Assembly (NCBI GenBank): GCA_036172245.1
Contig: JAYWIR010000014.1
Coordinates: 186,001-250,000, forward strand
Length of the DNA stretch: 64,000 nt
DNA from: Raillietiella orientalis
Taxonomy: Eukaryota
Direction of reading: 5' to 3'
The notes under the pieces: model-generated
Told to the model about the DNA's origin: nothing
Seen by the model: only the letters and a program-made list of their open reading frames with translations
The model's database searches: none
Translations under genes and position numbers: made by a program
Part shown: one piece after another, positions 1 through 15,130 of the stretch
Position numbering within the stretch: the first letter of the stretch is position 1
Layout of the letters: the number at the start of each line of letters is the position of its first letter

Positions 1-1580
1 TAAGTCCTTTCAGGATTTCCATTAGATACAGCGGTCCTGGTGGTCTTCATCTTCCACCACCGCACAAGGATTGCGGTGATGAAGAGGGCGATGGTCATCA
101 TTACCATGGGATTGTAACAGGGAACGTTCCCATTTCCTTAGAATATGCCTGCTAAGATTCCCGTGGTCGATGTGGTGGGCAGCCCGATAAGCCTTTTGAG
201 GGTGTGCCACTCTTGTTGCATCGTGGGACGGGTCAAGACGTGGAGTCTTGTATCCTTGTCTCCACATGCTTTGCAGGCCTCATCTTCTCTTCTTCCCGTG
301 AATAGCTTCATGGTTGTCCTGCACAGGATTCCTCCATAATAAAACATCAGGAGGTTATCCTGTGTGTCCGGTGGAAAGTCACTCCTCCAGAGTCGTTCCG
401 ATAGCCAACAGGTATATCCCTGCACTCCCGTGGCGATCGGCAGCTTCTTGGAGGGCACTGGTGTCTTTGTCCTCTTCGACTATTAGTCGACATAGGTTTC
501 TCTTTGTTACCCTGGACCACACGAAGTTGTGGTTTTTCCACACTTCGCGGGTCCTGTGAGTGAATCTTCCAGCTATCCTATCAATGTATCGGAGTACTCG
601 GGAGTGGTGAAGGAACTCTCCTCGTCTCCATGCTTGGGCTGCTTGCAAGGTAACCCTGGACCGCTGGTGGATCCAGCTCCTTGTATCCGGAGGTACCGGG
701 AGCATCCACGGGATCACCAGGATAGATTTCTACTGCCAGAGTTCCTTGCTCCTTGGTATGATCTTCAGCTGGTGCTTGTGTACCAGCTGCTGCTTTCGTC
801 TCCAGGTTGGGTGGATGGTGACCCATTTATCCACTCTGCTGAGCAGCGCAGTCATCAGTCCTCTCGAGTTATTTATCAACAATGAGTAAGCCCTGTGCGC
901 TGCATACGGCTAGTCTTCCCAGTTTTCCGACATGTCCAGGAATTGTCGCACGACCATGGTGTCCACAGAGTGTGCAAGCGAATTCATCCCGGTACCGCCT
1001 TCCTCCTTAGAACGACACAGTGATTTGAGGCGGATTCTCGGTCGATAGCCTCCGCAGAGGGTTTTCCTTTGTAGCTTCTCTACCTCTCTTCTGGTGTCTT
1101 TATGCATTCTGCAGAAGGCCGCTCCGAAGAGTATCTTTGGAAGGAGTACTCCGTTCCAAAAGTTGGCCCTCCGCTTCATGTTTAAGTCCAAACGGGTATA
1201 ATTCGCTTCTTCTTGTGCTGTTTTCCCCAGGATTTCCTTCCATAATAGTTGGGACGATGAATTGTCGCCAATGTGGACACCCAGCTACTTGGCATTGTCC
1301 ACCGTTCGGAATTCTTCCTCCATGAGTATAGAGAAATCCAGGATTCCGACGGGCAAAAGTTGGCTTTTCTGGGTGTTGACTTTTAAGCCCAATCCTTCTT
1401 CCATAAGCCCCACCACGTCCAGAAACGTACGTTGATGAAGAAGAGATCATCCACGTAAGCCAGATGGGTGAGTCGCTGATTGTCGACAGTGATTCCGCGG
1501 AAGTGCCCACTTCTCTCGATGAATGATAAGAAGACCCCATGTTTATGACAAACAGCATCGGACTGAGAGCACCCACTTGC
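1..1580 (-). mobile_element. 5'-truncated, frameshifted L1/Tx1-clade non-LTR retrotransposon ORF2 (RT C-half to zf-RVT); runs off the window start
   Basis: Minus-strand motifs occur in the expected order: QVGALSPMLFVINM (RQGxPLSPxLF-like, ~1540-1580), AYVDDL (1443-1460), RRANFWNGVLLPKILF...RIRLKSLCRSKEEGGTGM (910-1191, typical post-RT L1 region) and CKACGDKDTRLHVL (zinc-binding C-terminus, ~230-275). Several stops and frameshifts. Confidence 0.85.
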
Positions 1581-1586
1581 AGAACA

Positions 1587-1654
1587 CTCACTCTACTGCT
1601 GCATTTGTGATGCAGCAGTAGAGTGAGCAAGAAACTGCATTTGTGATGCAGTTT
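1587..1654. repeat. Two adjacent perfect hairpins sharing the core CTGCAT-TTGTG-ATGCAG
   Basis: CTCACTCTACTGCTGCAT (1587-1604) and ATGCAGCAGTAGAGTGAG (1610-1627) form a perfect 18-bp inverted repeat. AAACTGCAT (1632-1640) and ATGCAGTTT (1646-1654) form a 9-bp one with the same TTGTG loop. Confidence 0.95.
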
Positions 1655-2043
1655 TATTTGGGAACTCTGGGACCAATGTTCTTTAGCTATCGGTCACGTG
1701 TCTACTTACCTAGCTGTAAGTTTGCGATAATGTGTAGTATGCAAGTCTCAAGAATTTGGATTTAGATTATTTTTCAAGGTTTTCTGAAAAACTGTTGGTG
1801 TCGAAGACTTTCCACATTTAATGCATCACTGCTGAAGTAATCATTTTCTGAAACTAAGATGTTTTTGTATCATTATAAAAACGAAAACGGATGATATTTG
1901 TGTAAACTAAGTATTCAAGGTAAGAAAAGATACCAGTTTCTGGTTTAGATTGTCATTTGGGTCAGTGAAGTAAAATAATTATTTCCTTGGAATAATTATT
2001 TTATTTGTTGTAGTGCTTAAAGCACACTAACCTTGCAAGTCAC

Positions 2044-2055
2044 CCATCGATATTT
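2044..2055. promoter_or_regulatory. DRE-like element CCATCGATATTT upstream of the SLC25A39/40 ATG
   Basis: One mismatch to the Drosophila DRE TATCGATA, in a locally CpG-rich patch ~150 bp before the ATG. The same 12-mer occurs upstream of MEK at 15119-15130. Confidence 0.35.
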
Positions 2056-2206
2056 AAAAGATACGTTATAAAAGCGGTGTGTGGCAATCTACGTTTTGAT
2101 TTTCCACGTTCTCGATATGTTTATAATTTTATGATCGCTTTAGGTGTTATGACCTTCAATGCCAGACTGAGGAAAAAAAAAAAATCACTAGTTTTTGTTT
2201 TAGGCA

Positions 2207-3459
2207 ATGGATAGTAGAAATGGAGAACTTTTGGCACCTTTGCAACAGATGCTAGCATCATGTCTTGGTGCCTTTATCACTTCAATAACAAGTAAGTATA
2301 AGTAATATACTGAAAGCATGTTTGTCAGTGACGCCACTTGATGTGGTAAAAATTCGTATGCAAACTCAAAAGAGAACCCTTCCATCAAATAAGTGTTTCT
2401 TATATTGCAATGGCTTAATGGATCATCTGTGTACATGTGTAAACAATGGTCAATCTACGCCATGGTATAGGCGACCTAGTCATTTTACAAGCACTTTTGT
2501 AAGTTATTTACAAGTGTTTCTTTATTTTTCCTTTAGAATGCATTTTTTAAAATTGTTAAACATGAAGGCCCCACATCCTTATGGAGTGGATTGCCTCCTA
2601 CCCTTGTTATGGCAGTACCAGCGACTATGGTGTATTTCACATGTTATGAGCAAATCAAGCTGGCCCTAACTACTAGATCTGCTGCTCCGGATACTCCTCC
2701 TTTTTGGATACCATTTGTAGCTGGTACACTGGCACGCACTTGGGCTGTAACATTAGTCTCTCCATTGGAGATGATCAGAACTAAAATGCAAAGTCGTCGC
2801 ATCAAGTACATTGGTAGGTATCTATTTCAGACAAATCTTAAAAACTTATTTTGTACAGAGGTGGGTTTGGCTATTCGGATGCTAATTCAAGCTGAAGGCT
2901 TTCGAGGCATGTGGAAAGGGCTTCTGCCTTCTCTTTTAAGAGATGTGCCTTTCTCTGGTTAGAATAGTATTTTTTAGGAGATGTGAGAGTTTTTTGCAGG
3001 AATATATTGGATGAGCTATGAAAGTTTGTTTCCATTACTATGTAACCATTTACAAGACTTATGGTGTAATTTTGCTGCTGGTGCCATTTCAGGAAGTGTG
3101 AGTAACAGTATTTTAAAGGCTCAGGTTATGTAGCTGTATTCCAGATTGCAGCTTCTTTGACACTTCCTTTTGATGTTATCAAAACCCACCGACAGATACA
3201 GCTAGGAGAACAAGAGTTAAGTCCAGGTGTGACTTGGTATCGATGTAGTGATGAAATGCTACTGCTTGCAGAGCAGCCACAGTCTGCCCAGCCATTTCGG
3301 AATATATGTCTCAATATATATAGAGAACATGGTCTACGAGGTTTTTACATGGGATTGGCACCACGTCTTTTCAAAGTGGCACCTGCTTGTGCTATTATGA
3401 TAACCAGTTATGAATTCATGAAGCGTAAGCTAGTAAAACAGCAAAAGGAACATAGGTAG
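2207..3459 (+). CDS. SLC25A40: Mitochondrial carrier of the SLC25A39/SLC25A40 (Drosophila Shawn, yeast Mtm1) subfamily, probable glutathione importer; 332 aa, 7 exons
   Basis: Exons 2207-2291, 2329-2498, 2537-2813, 2859-2957, 3000-3097, 3145-3226 and 3272-3459, all GT-AG, give 999 nt in frame. Three carrier signatures: TPLDVVKIRMQ, SPLEMIRTKMQ, LPFDVIKTHRQ. Subfamily motifs KCFLYCNGLMDHLCTC, SLWSGLPPTLVMAVPATMVYFTCYE and KVAPACAIMITSYE. Likely co-ortholog of vertebrate A39 and A40. Confidence 0.95.
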
Positions 3460-3922
3460 CTTATTATTGATGATGTTGGTTACTGGAATGCAGAATTGAA
3501 TCAAATTGCTTTATTGAAACTTATATGAACTTACCTCATGGAAGATATTTGAGTTTTGATAAAGCTTAACAGTTAAAAAGGATCATTATTGAGATTCATT
3601 CTGCCTCCACTTGTTTCATAGTTACCAAATAGTGACCATCTTACTGTTATTTCTTCATATTGTTTTCATTCGACAATATATGCAAATTGTAATCCCAGAT
3701 CTGTATTTTTCAACTAAGCAAGCATATTGTCAGTCTGTTTACAAGTATCTATTTATTAGACCTGATATGCTATACATGCTTGTATAGTTTTCATATTCTG
3801 TTTCAATGAAAATCGGTCTGTTTTTAAATCAGTTTGACTTTTGCTAAAGTCAAAAAATCGAATCCCAATGACCAATATCAAGCATGTATTTATAAGATTC
3901 TTTGATATGGCTCCTATTCCTA

Positions 3923-6342
3923 TTAAACCCATCGATACACATACAACTGTTTTTCAGTTAGCATTGCAACAAGAGTTTCACAGTTAACTTGAACAACATG
4001 GACATCAAGCACTGGATCTGGCATAGTCAATGTTTGAATACAATTTCCACTAGAATCCCAGAGACGCACTTCTGGATTTTGGGAATGTTCGATCCCTGCA
4101 ACACAAACAAGTCGACTTTGATGTTTAGGATCAGGGAACAGGCATGGTCGAGAGAGCACCTTCATGCTAGTTGGTACTGAGAATGTATGTAGTTCATTCC
4201 ACACACAAAAGTGTGAGAAATTAGAGTCATCCTCTGAAACTACACGCAATTCTCCCAATAAGTACCGAGCTAAGGGATGTTTAGAACTAGGGCGACAAGC
4301 CAAAAGTAAATGATGGGAATTCCTATCAAAAGATAATGCTGTAAACAGACCATCAAGAACAAGAGGAACTTCAAAAAAGCTATCATTCCTCCTTTCACAA
4401 AAAAAGCAAGAATTAAGTCTGGCTATTAGGAGCCCACTAAGAGGGAACGATGAATTGAAATTTTTTTGTACAGAACATATGCTAATTACAGGGGAGGGCA
4501 TGCAACTAATTTCTTCATATCTTTCATCTTCTCGAATATCATATGAACGCACAATTCCTGTCTGCAAACCTACAAAGAACACATTGGGATCATTTTGATT
4601 CCAACAACAGGACCAAATTGGAGATGGACAGGAGTATGTTTTCATTATATTATTTGTTACTACATTCACTAATTTAGCAATACAATCAAAACTGACTGAA
4701 AGGAGCATTTCTGACACAATTGGATTGAAAGCCAAATCCCGGATTTGCTTTTGATGAAGGGGAAGCAATTCTGTTACACGAATATCCATCATATCCACTT
4801 TCTTAATACCAAACCCTGGGAACAAAAGATTGCAATTGGGCTGGGAGATAACCAGTAGAGTCAGTGCAGAACTGTACGCCATCACTCTGCATTCACCATT
4901 TTTATTGATATCTAAATGCTTGTAAAACTGCAAATGAACATCTTTTTGAGGAGGGTTTTGACCTGAAGTTACGGAAGTATCTTGATGTGCAGTATCTTTT
5001 AGATCTTGCAATTTTTGGTTCAATCTAACTATTTCTTGTTGACAAAGTTGTAGCTGCAATCTTACACACATGAAATCAAGCTCTATTTGACGGCGAATTG
5101 TTCTTTCTTTGTCCAAACTGTGCAAAGCACGATCTCGTTCAGCTGTATCAATAACTACAATACTCTTGGCATAGATGATTCGAATATCTTTTTTTCTAGC
5201 TCGCATATTGCACTGGGGGCACTTTTGTCCTTCGCCACGCAACCATCTGATGATACAACTCTGACCAAATAAATGACCACATCTGAGGGAAACCAAACGA
5301 TGTTTGCCAGCATTACTCCATGGTTCCAAACAGATGGGACAACACTGGCCTTCATCCCATTCTTCTTGTTGCTTACCTAAATTATACCTAGTTACTGAGC
5401 ACAAAACAGTCTGAAACTTACTTTCATTATGAGTTTTAAAACAACTAGGAACTTCTTCTACATCATTCTACATCAGAAAGAAAGGAAATAAATAAATTAT
5501 AATAAACACATTGACTTCAACTACAAAAGTAATTTCCTACACAGATTAAGAAAAAAAAAAATTGTACGATGAACACAAAGAAAAACTATTACCAAAGATT
5601 ATCAAATTTAAATCCAATTTATTTTCTTCAAAAAAACCAACTGAAAAATGGGCAAAGAAAATCTATTTTCTATCAAAGTGCTTTCAGGTCTACGTGAGCT
5701 AATTTCCGTATAATTAGAAAAATTGGCTAAGTCGCATGTAACATGAAATTTAAACACATGCTGGAATGCAATCACGAAAAACGGCTTGTGAAATGCTTTT
5801 ATAATACAAACAGCTTAACAGGCCATTTCCAAAACCTCCGGCAAGGTGAATGAAAGCTTTTAAAAAAGGTCTGTAAACTGAAGATACGTACTTAAAATGA
5901 AAAGGCATTGCTTCTTGTGCATGAATTTAGGTATGCATCAAGAACAGGAAATGTGAATAGAGTATTACCTTGAAGAACAAGTTAGCAAACGTATGCAGAG
6001 GTAATCTATGTCTTTGAGCAGCCAATAGTTTTGTATAGCATTTAATCTAAACTTGTACAGTTTAATGATGCATACTCAAATGACTTCTCAATTTTCTCTA
6101 AAAATTTTGACTATCCTACATAATTATTAACAAAATTTTACCTTCAAGGATAAACATGGTTCACTACCATCATTTCTAACTTCTAAGTTGTGAGTTCGAA
6201 CACTTTCTGCAACAGAAGAAACTCTGTCAACTTCACCACTTATGTCAATAATATGAACACGTTCATGTTCTGCACTTAGATTGTTTGATAGTTCATTAGA
6301 CTGTAAGTTGCGATCAATTCCAAATTCCATACTTTGAGGCAT
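3923..6342 (-). CDS. RFWD3: E3 ubiquitin ligase RFWD3 (RING, coiled coil, WD40); ~566 aa, 3 coding exons
   Basis: Exons 6342-6142, 5467-5422 and 5376-3923 (GT-AG, 1701 nt in frame). RING CPICLEPWSNAGKHRLVSLRCGHLFGQSCIIRWL...KCPQCN followed by KKDIRIIYAK is RFWD3-like. Coiled coil, then WD40 repeats (LHQKQIRDLAF, PIWSCCW). The start codon is less certain than the rest. Confidence 0.92.
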
Positions 6343-7779
6343 GCTTGTAGTAACTCTTTTCTCTTTTCATATTTTCCATAAGATCACCTATGCTTGAGGC
6401 TGCTTACGGCTTGGACACTAACCCACTTGAATTTCGAAATTTAGATTTTCAAGGATTACCAGCACTTACCATTTAAGTATTTTCATAAGAACAAAAAACC
6501 TCCCACTCGTGAAATCTGAAACACCAACAAGAATAATCGCATCTGTTGAAAAATTTGATGAAACAATCAATTAACCTAAATATTTGAATCATATTTCCAT
6601 CAATGAATTTGCTAATCTTGGGACTGAGTAAAGATTGCATTATATATTCAAAATTTAATTCTTTATGTTAATGAATCCTTAATTAGCTTCAGTACTAGCT
6701 TATTTTTGCAGTCATTCATATTTATAGAATATAAGCATTCAGAAATATTTGGAGTATCTTGAATTTCAAAAAGACAAAATAGTAGCTGCTCTATAAGCTG
6801 ATAACTAAATATTATTCCATTATTCTATATTCACTTGTAATACTATTCTGATATTCAACATCATCATCTACAAATTTTCCTAGATAAAGATAAAAAATTA
6901 TAAAGAATCATAATTCATTTTCTTTTATTCAGAGTATGCAACATCTCTGCGCTTTTAGTCAGAGAACATATTACTAGAAAATGGGCATAAAATGAAGATT
7001 GGAGGAGACAGTACTCGTTAGAAACAGTAGGGAAGGCAGGGAAAGATCGAAACCATAGATGATGTCTCGTTGTATTATCGAGAAAGTTTTCACTATGCAG
7101 ACTCTGGAACATTTCACTAACTACAGTTGACTGACTGATTTTTTGAGAAGACAAACTTCTCTGAAATGACTACATTACAATGCACGGGCAAAATTCATGG
7201 TCCTCACTTGTAATTTAAGCCTGCTGTCCAAGTCATCTATTATTAAGTTTCATTATGTCAAGTTATATCTTGAAAAATATGTAATTCAATTATATAAGAA
7301 AGTGGAATAAGTTTCATAAGCTGAAAAATATGAAGACATATTTTGAGGACACAGTTTATAAACTTGAAATTGGAATTCATCTACTTCAAAACTCCATAGA
7401 CAAATCAAATAAAAAATTATATAAAAAAGAAACCGCTAAAACGTAAGGATCTTGGGTGCTCTCTTTTTAAAACAATAACGACAAGAAATTAGTTCAAAGT
7501 GAAATGGCACATGTTTTTTTGAAGGTTTCAATGCACCATTTATATTACATATCAAATTAATTAATTTCCAAATGAAAACCTAGAAAACAAGAAAGCCAAC
7601 TTATAGCAAGGGATGCATGAAATAAAAGTAAAGAAAGAAGCTACTATTTTACTTTTATCTGCCTAATCACGCAACTGCCTAGTCTTCCACTCGTGAATGT
7701 TGCCTTTGCTACTTATGCTAAAGAAAAATAAGGTTCTTCCTTTATAATATATAGATCAGTAAGAATAGTTCTTCTCATT

Positions 7780-9480
7780 ATTTATTTTTAAGAAATTTAT
7801 TTCCAATTTGGAATCATTCTATAATCGTTCTCTAAAATTTGTTTGCACATTAGCACAAATATCTTCCCCACTAGTGTTTCTTTCTGTGGGCAATTTCAAT
7901 TTCAGCATATTGACAACATTGTAATATAAATAAGTATATCATTGGATGGTTGAGTTTAAAAAGAATATTTCGAAGTGTTCTTTCAAGAATTCTAACAGTT
8001 TCTCAGTTTCTCAACTTTTGAGATTATTTATTCATTCACACAAAATTCTTGATTACAGGAATATAAGGTTCTTTTTGAGAGTTGAAGATTGGATTTTATT
8101 TTATATGAGGATTAACTGACTGCAATTAAAACTCAAAATCCATGAATCAAAAATACAGAACAAACTTCTCAGAAACATATTTTATAGGTATATAGTGCAT
8201 TAAAACTCGTAAGAATTTCTTATGAACGTAAACATAGAGTCTTGAATTTTCTCAATTGAGGGGCAAAAGAAATAGCTTTAGATGTTAATGATCAAAATGA
8301 AAATAACGGTTTTCAGTTCATCTGCATCGCGGTAACACTTTGGTGAAGAGATTTTAAACTACCACATTTTTGAAAAATTTTTCGTTTAAATAAGACAAGT
8401 ATATTCAAATCTTCAATCCTCAGAGAGTCCCTGTTTTATTACTAAAATGACAAAGTCTGAATTTTACTGACAAGTACAACAGTTTTATCGATAATCACTT
8501 ATATATAAAATATTATTAAAAACTTTGAATGAAAGAATAAGGACATAGGAGAGGATGTTAATGGAATGGAATGTTAAGCGAAATGACTTTTGATATGTTG
8601 AAAAGTAGAATGGTCTGAAGTGAAAAATTGATCTTTATCGATAGCTAATGTTTTATTAGCAAAATTTGATAATTAATGAGTAAATACTAGATGGACGAAT
8701 AAAATAGAATTAAAGGATAATTTTATTACATTGTTTTCATGATTGAGTGGTATTTGAAATTCTGTTGTAATGACTGCAATCCTTGGTTTTTGTTATCTTT
8801 TAAGATTTTGTCTCACTTTGGATTCACATTCTAAATTCAGAGATCCGTTTTGAATTACGGAGAATAATTTTTGAAATTCTTTATAGTTCCTACCAACAGA
8901 CGGGTGTTTTATTTGAGCACGTCTTGTCTTTCATGTAGTTTCTCTCTTCCCAATAGAGTCCCTGTTTTTATTTAATGTTTTCTTAGATTAACAGACTCGA
9001 AAGAATCTGTTTCTTTTATAAAAAGGGTTTATTATTTAGGAAAATTTCTCCTCTTTCCCATCTTTAAAATTACAGCTTTGTTTAAGTTTCATTTTCGTCG
9101 CTTAAAATCAGATTAATAAAAAAATCTTTATTGTTTTCTGTTCTGTGTTTTACATGATTTCGAAAGTTTAGTTTCTCGCATAAAGATTTGCACAACATGT
9201 GCATTTTATGTTTAATATTACATTTACGACTTAACTCTTGCTGTTCTGGGCAAGTACACTGAAATGTAATCTGGTATCATCGATTTTCAGAATGTTCCTA
9301 TCCTGCAATGAGCACTTGCATAATGTGGCCGCAGCTCCTTGCTAATTTTGATATTGTAGCATTTGCAAGTTCCTGAAATTCCAAGTTAATGAATTATTTT
9401 GTTTCTTGGATTTTTACAACTTAGTAGAGCAATGCGTTAAATGTTTGGGGTTGAGTTTTGACAAATAATTCGAAAAGTCC
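7780..9480 (-). mobile_element. Highly decayed, internally deleted APE-type LINE remnant (tentative)
   Basis: Minus-strand traces in LINE order: Cys/His gag-like patches (~9180-9460), FFTSDH (endonuclease SDH motif, ~8605-8625), IKQG(D)SL (~8420-8440), a degenerate YADD-like site (~8315-8335) and a C-terminal Cys patch (~7850). Many stops. Confidence 0.3.
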
Positions 9481-10080
9481 CAAGACTTTTGCGAAGTCAG
9501 TAAACAGTCAGTTTTTTAAATGCCCAGAATAAAATTCGGATATTTTTAAGTATAGTAATTTTTTGCGTAGCATTTGTAGATAGGTCCAAATCATTTTTGT
9601 CTAAAGGTTCAGTTCTTTTAACCAAAAATAATCATTTGGCTAGCATCCTAACAAAAATGAGATGTGATTGTTATATCATGTTCATTTTTGTTGATCCTTA
9701 TTGATGAAAGTTCTGAAAGTGCACCTGATAAAGTAGTGCACCATACAAGACCTATTAAACATTGTATATGCTGGATGTTTAAGTATCCGGTGATTGCAGT
9801 TTTTCAATTTCATCAGCATTTATTCATATACTAATGAAAGCAATATACCTAAACTGTGTTTGAAGAGTGACTGCATCCTTTATCGAGTTCTTAGCATGCA
9901 AGTTCCAAATTCTAACTAAATGATAATACCATTTGATGACCAATTTTTCAAATAAAGATGAAAATGCTTCCTGGAAATTGTCAGTTATACCAGTTTCAGT
10001 TATATTTGTGTTATTCAGTTATATTTATGCATAGGAAACCACTGTTGGTCATTTAAAGTTTTAAAAAGTTATTGTCCACT

Positions 10081-10680
10081 ATGGCTTTATTGAGATCCAA
10101 ATGGTATTCCCTGTATCAGTGGAAAAAACTAACTCCAATAAGTAAGTACAAGTACTTTGTTGAAGTTTTTCTGAATTTGTGGATAGTCATGAATGTGAGA
10201 ATTAAGTGAATGTCGGATAATGAAATTGATGTTTCTAAACATTGTCTTGTAGGTAATTTAAGAACTGGAAGAAAATTGAGTTCTGTAACTGAGTCAAATG
10301 AGGAATTTGACAACAGATATGAAGCATATTTCAAATCTCCAGACATAGATAGCTGGGAGATTCGCAAAGTATGAGCAGCAAATAAGTGCAGTAATAAGGA
10401 CAAAATAATTTTTTTTTTCCAGACAATGACTGATTTGCATTGTGTAGATTTGGTTCCTGAACCTCGAATTATCATAGCTGCTTTACATGCATGCCGCAGA
10501 CTCAATGATTATGCCCTAGCAGTTCGCTTTTTGGAAGCAATCAAATTAAAATGTGGAAACAAGGTTAAAGAAATTTATCCTTATATTTTACAAGAAATCC
10601 GACCTACACTGGATGAGTTAGGAATCAGCACTCCAGAAGAAATGGGCTATGATCAACCTGAATTAGCACTTGAAGAATAA
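10081..10680 (+). CDS. COX5A: Cytochrome c oxidase subunit 5A precursor; 144 aa, 3 exons
   Basis: Exons 10081-10141, 10253-10368 and 10423-10680 (435 nt). A basic presequence is followed by [26 protein letters not shown]...[37 protein letters not shown]...[27 protein letters not shown]. Confidence 0.96.
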
Positions 10681-10750
10681 GTGACGAATTTACTATTAAG
10701 TGCATCCAGTTACTCATAAAAATGTATTTAGCAATTGACTTCCCAAGTCA

Positions 10751-14523
<3,773 letters not shown>

Positions 14524-14534
<11 letters not shown>

Positions 14535-15119
14535 TTTCTTACTATAGGTCTTCATATATTATTTTGAATTGTTTGTGAGGCACTTGTTGATCATAACATA
14601 AGGGATCAACAACAGTAACCTCATTGTGGAAAGCCATAAACAAATTCAAACTTAACTAAAATATCATACATTCCAGTTTCCTCTAGACTTAAAATTAGTA
14701 TTTCAACTCATCATAAATAACAACTAAAAAACAGTGAATTATATTTCATACAAATTATGACTCTCCAACATCGCAAAATGATTAATTTTCTTTTAAAAAC
14801 CTTACTTATCTCACGATTATCATTAAATGTGCCAAAAGAAATGTAAAAATACACTACATACACGCCAAAGTGCTGAAATTTAGAACTCCTGTTTTGACTG
14901 TTTCGAAGATCCAAATTAACCTAAAAGTCCACAAACTTTACATTACGTAGCCCATACACGCACCATAAGGGCAAATCTCCAAATTTAATTAATAAGTCCA
15001 TTTGCGCTAGGAGCATGCGATATCTATTTGCACCTACAAATGCTTTTTTAAAATTTGATCGAGTCTTTCATGAAAATTAAATTCAACATACGCTTACAGA
15101 CACGAATGTGTTCACATGC
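14524..15119. repeat. Direct duplication, copy 1 (596 bp): first 11 coding nt of MEK plus its upstream 5' UTR/promoter region
   Basis: Matches 17676-18271 at a constant offset of 3152 with no difference I could see. The ORF track shows the same 67-aa spurious ORF in both copies. Confidence 0.95.
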
Positions 15120-15130
15120 CATCGATATTT
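15119..15130. promoter_or_regulatory. DRE-like element CCATCGATATTT upstream of MEK
   Basis: Identical to 2044-2055 and within a CpG-enriched AT-rich patch (~14750-15400), ~590 bp upstream of the MEK ATG. Confidence 0.35.

Noticed and set aside
6915..7154. 79-aa ORF upstream of RFWD3
   Set aside because: No recognisable motif and no convincing splice path into RFWD3.
9795..9822. Minus-strand CTGATGA-AATT-GAAA resembling a minimal hammerhead core (similar near-misses at ~14094, ~34446 and ~49664)
   Set aside because: No viable stem II or flanking stems I/III, and no Penelope-like element nearby.
14711..14914. 67-aa ORF repeated at 17863-18066
   Set aside because: It starts at TTG in AT-rich upstream DNA with no recognisable homology; its recurrence just reflects the 596-bp duplication.
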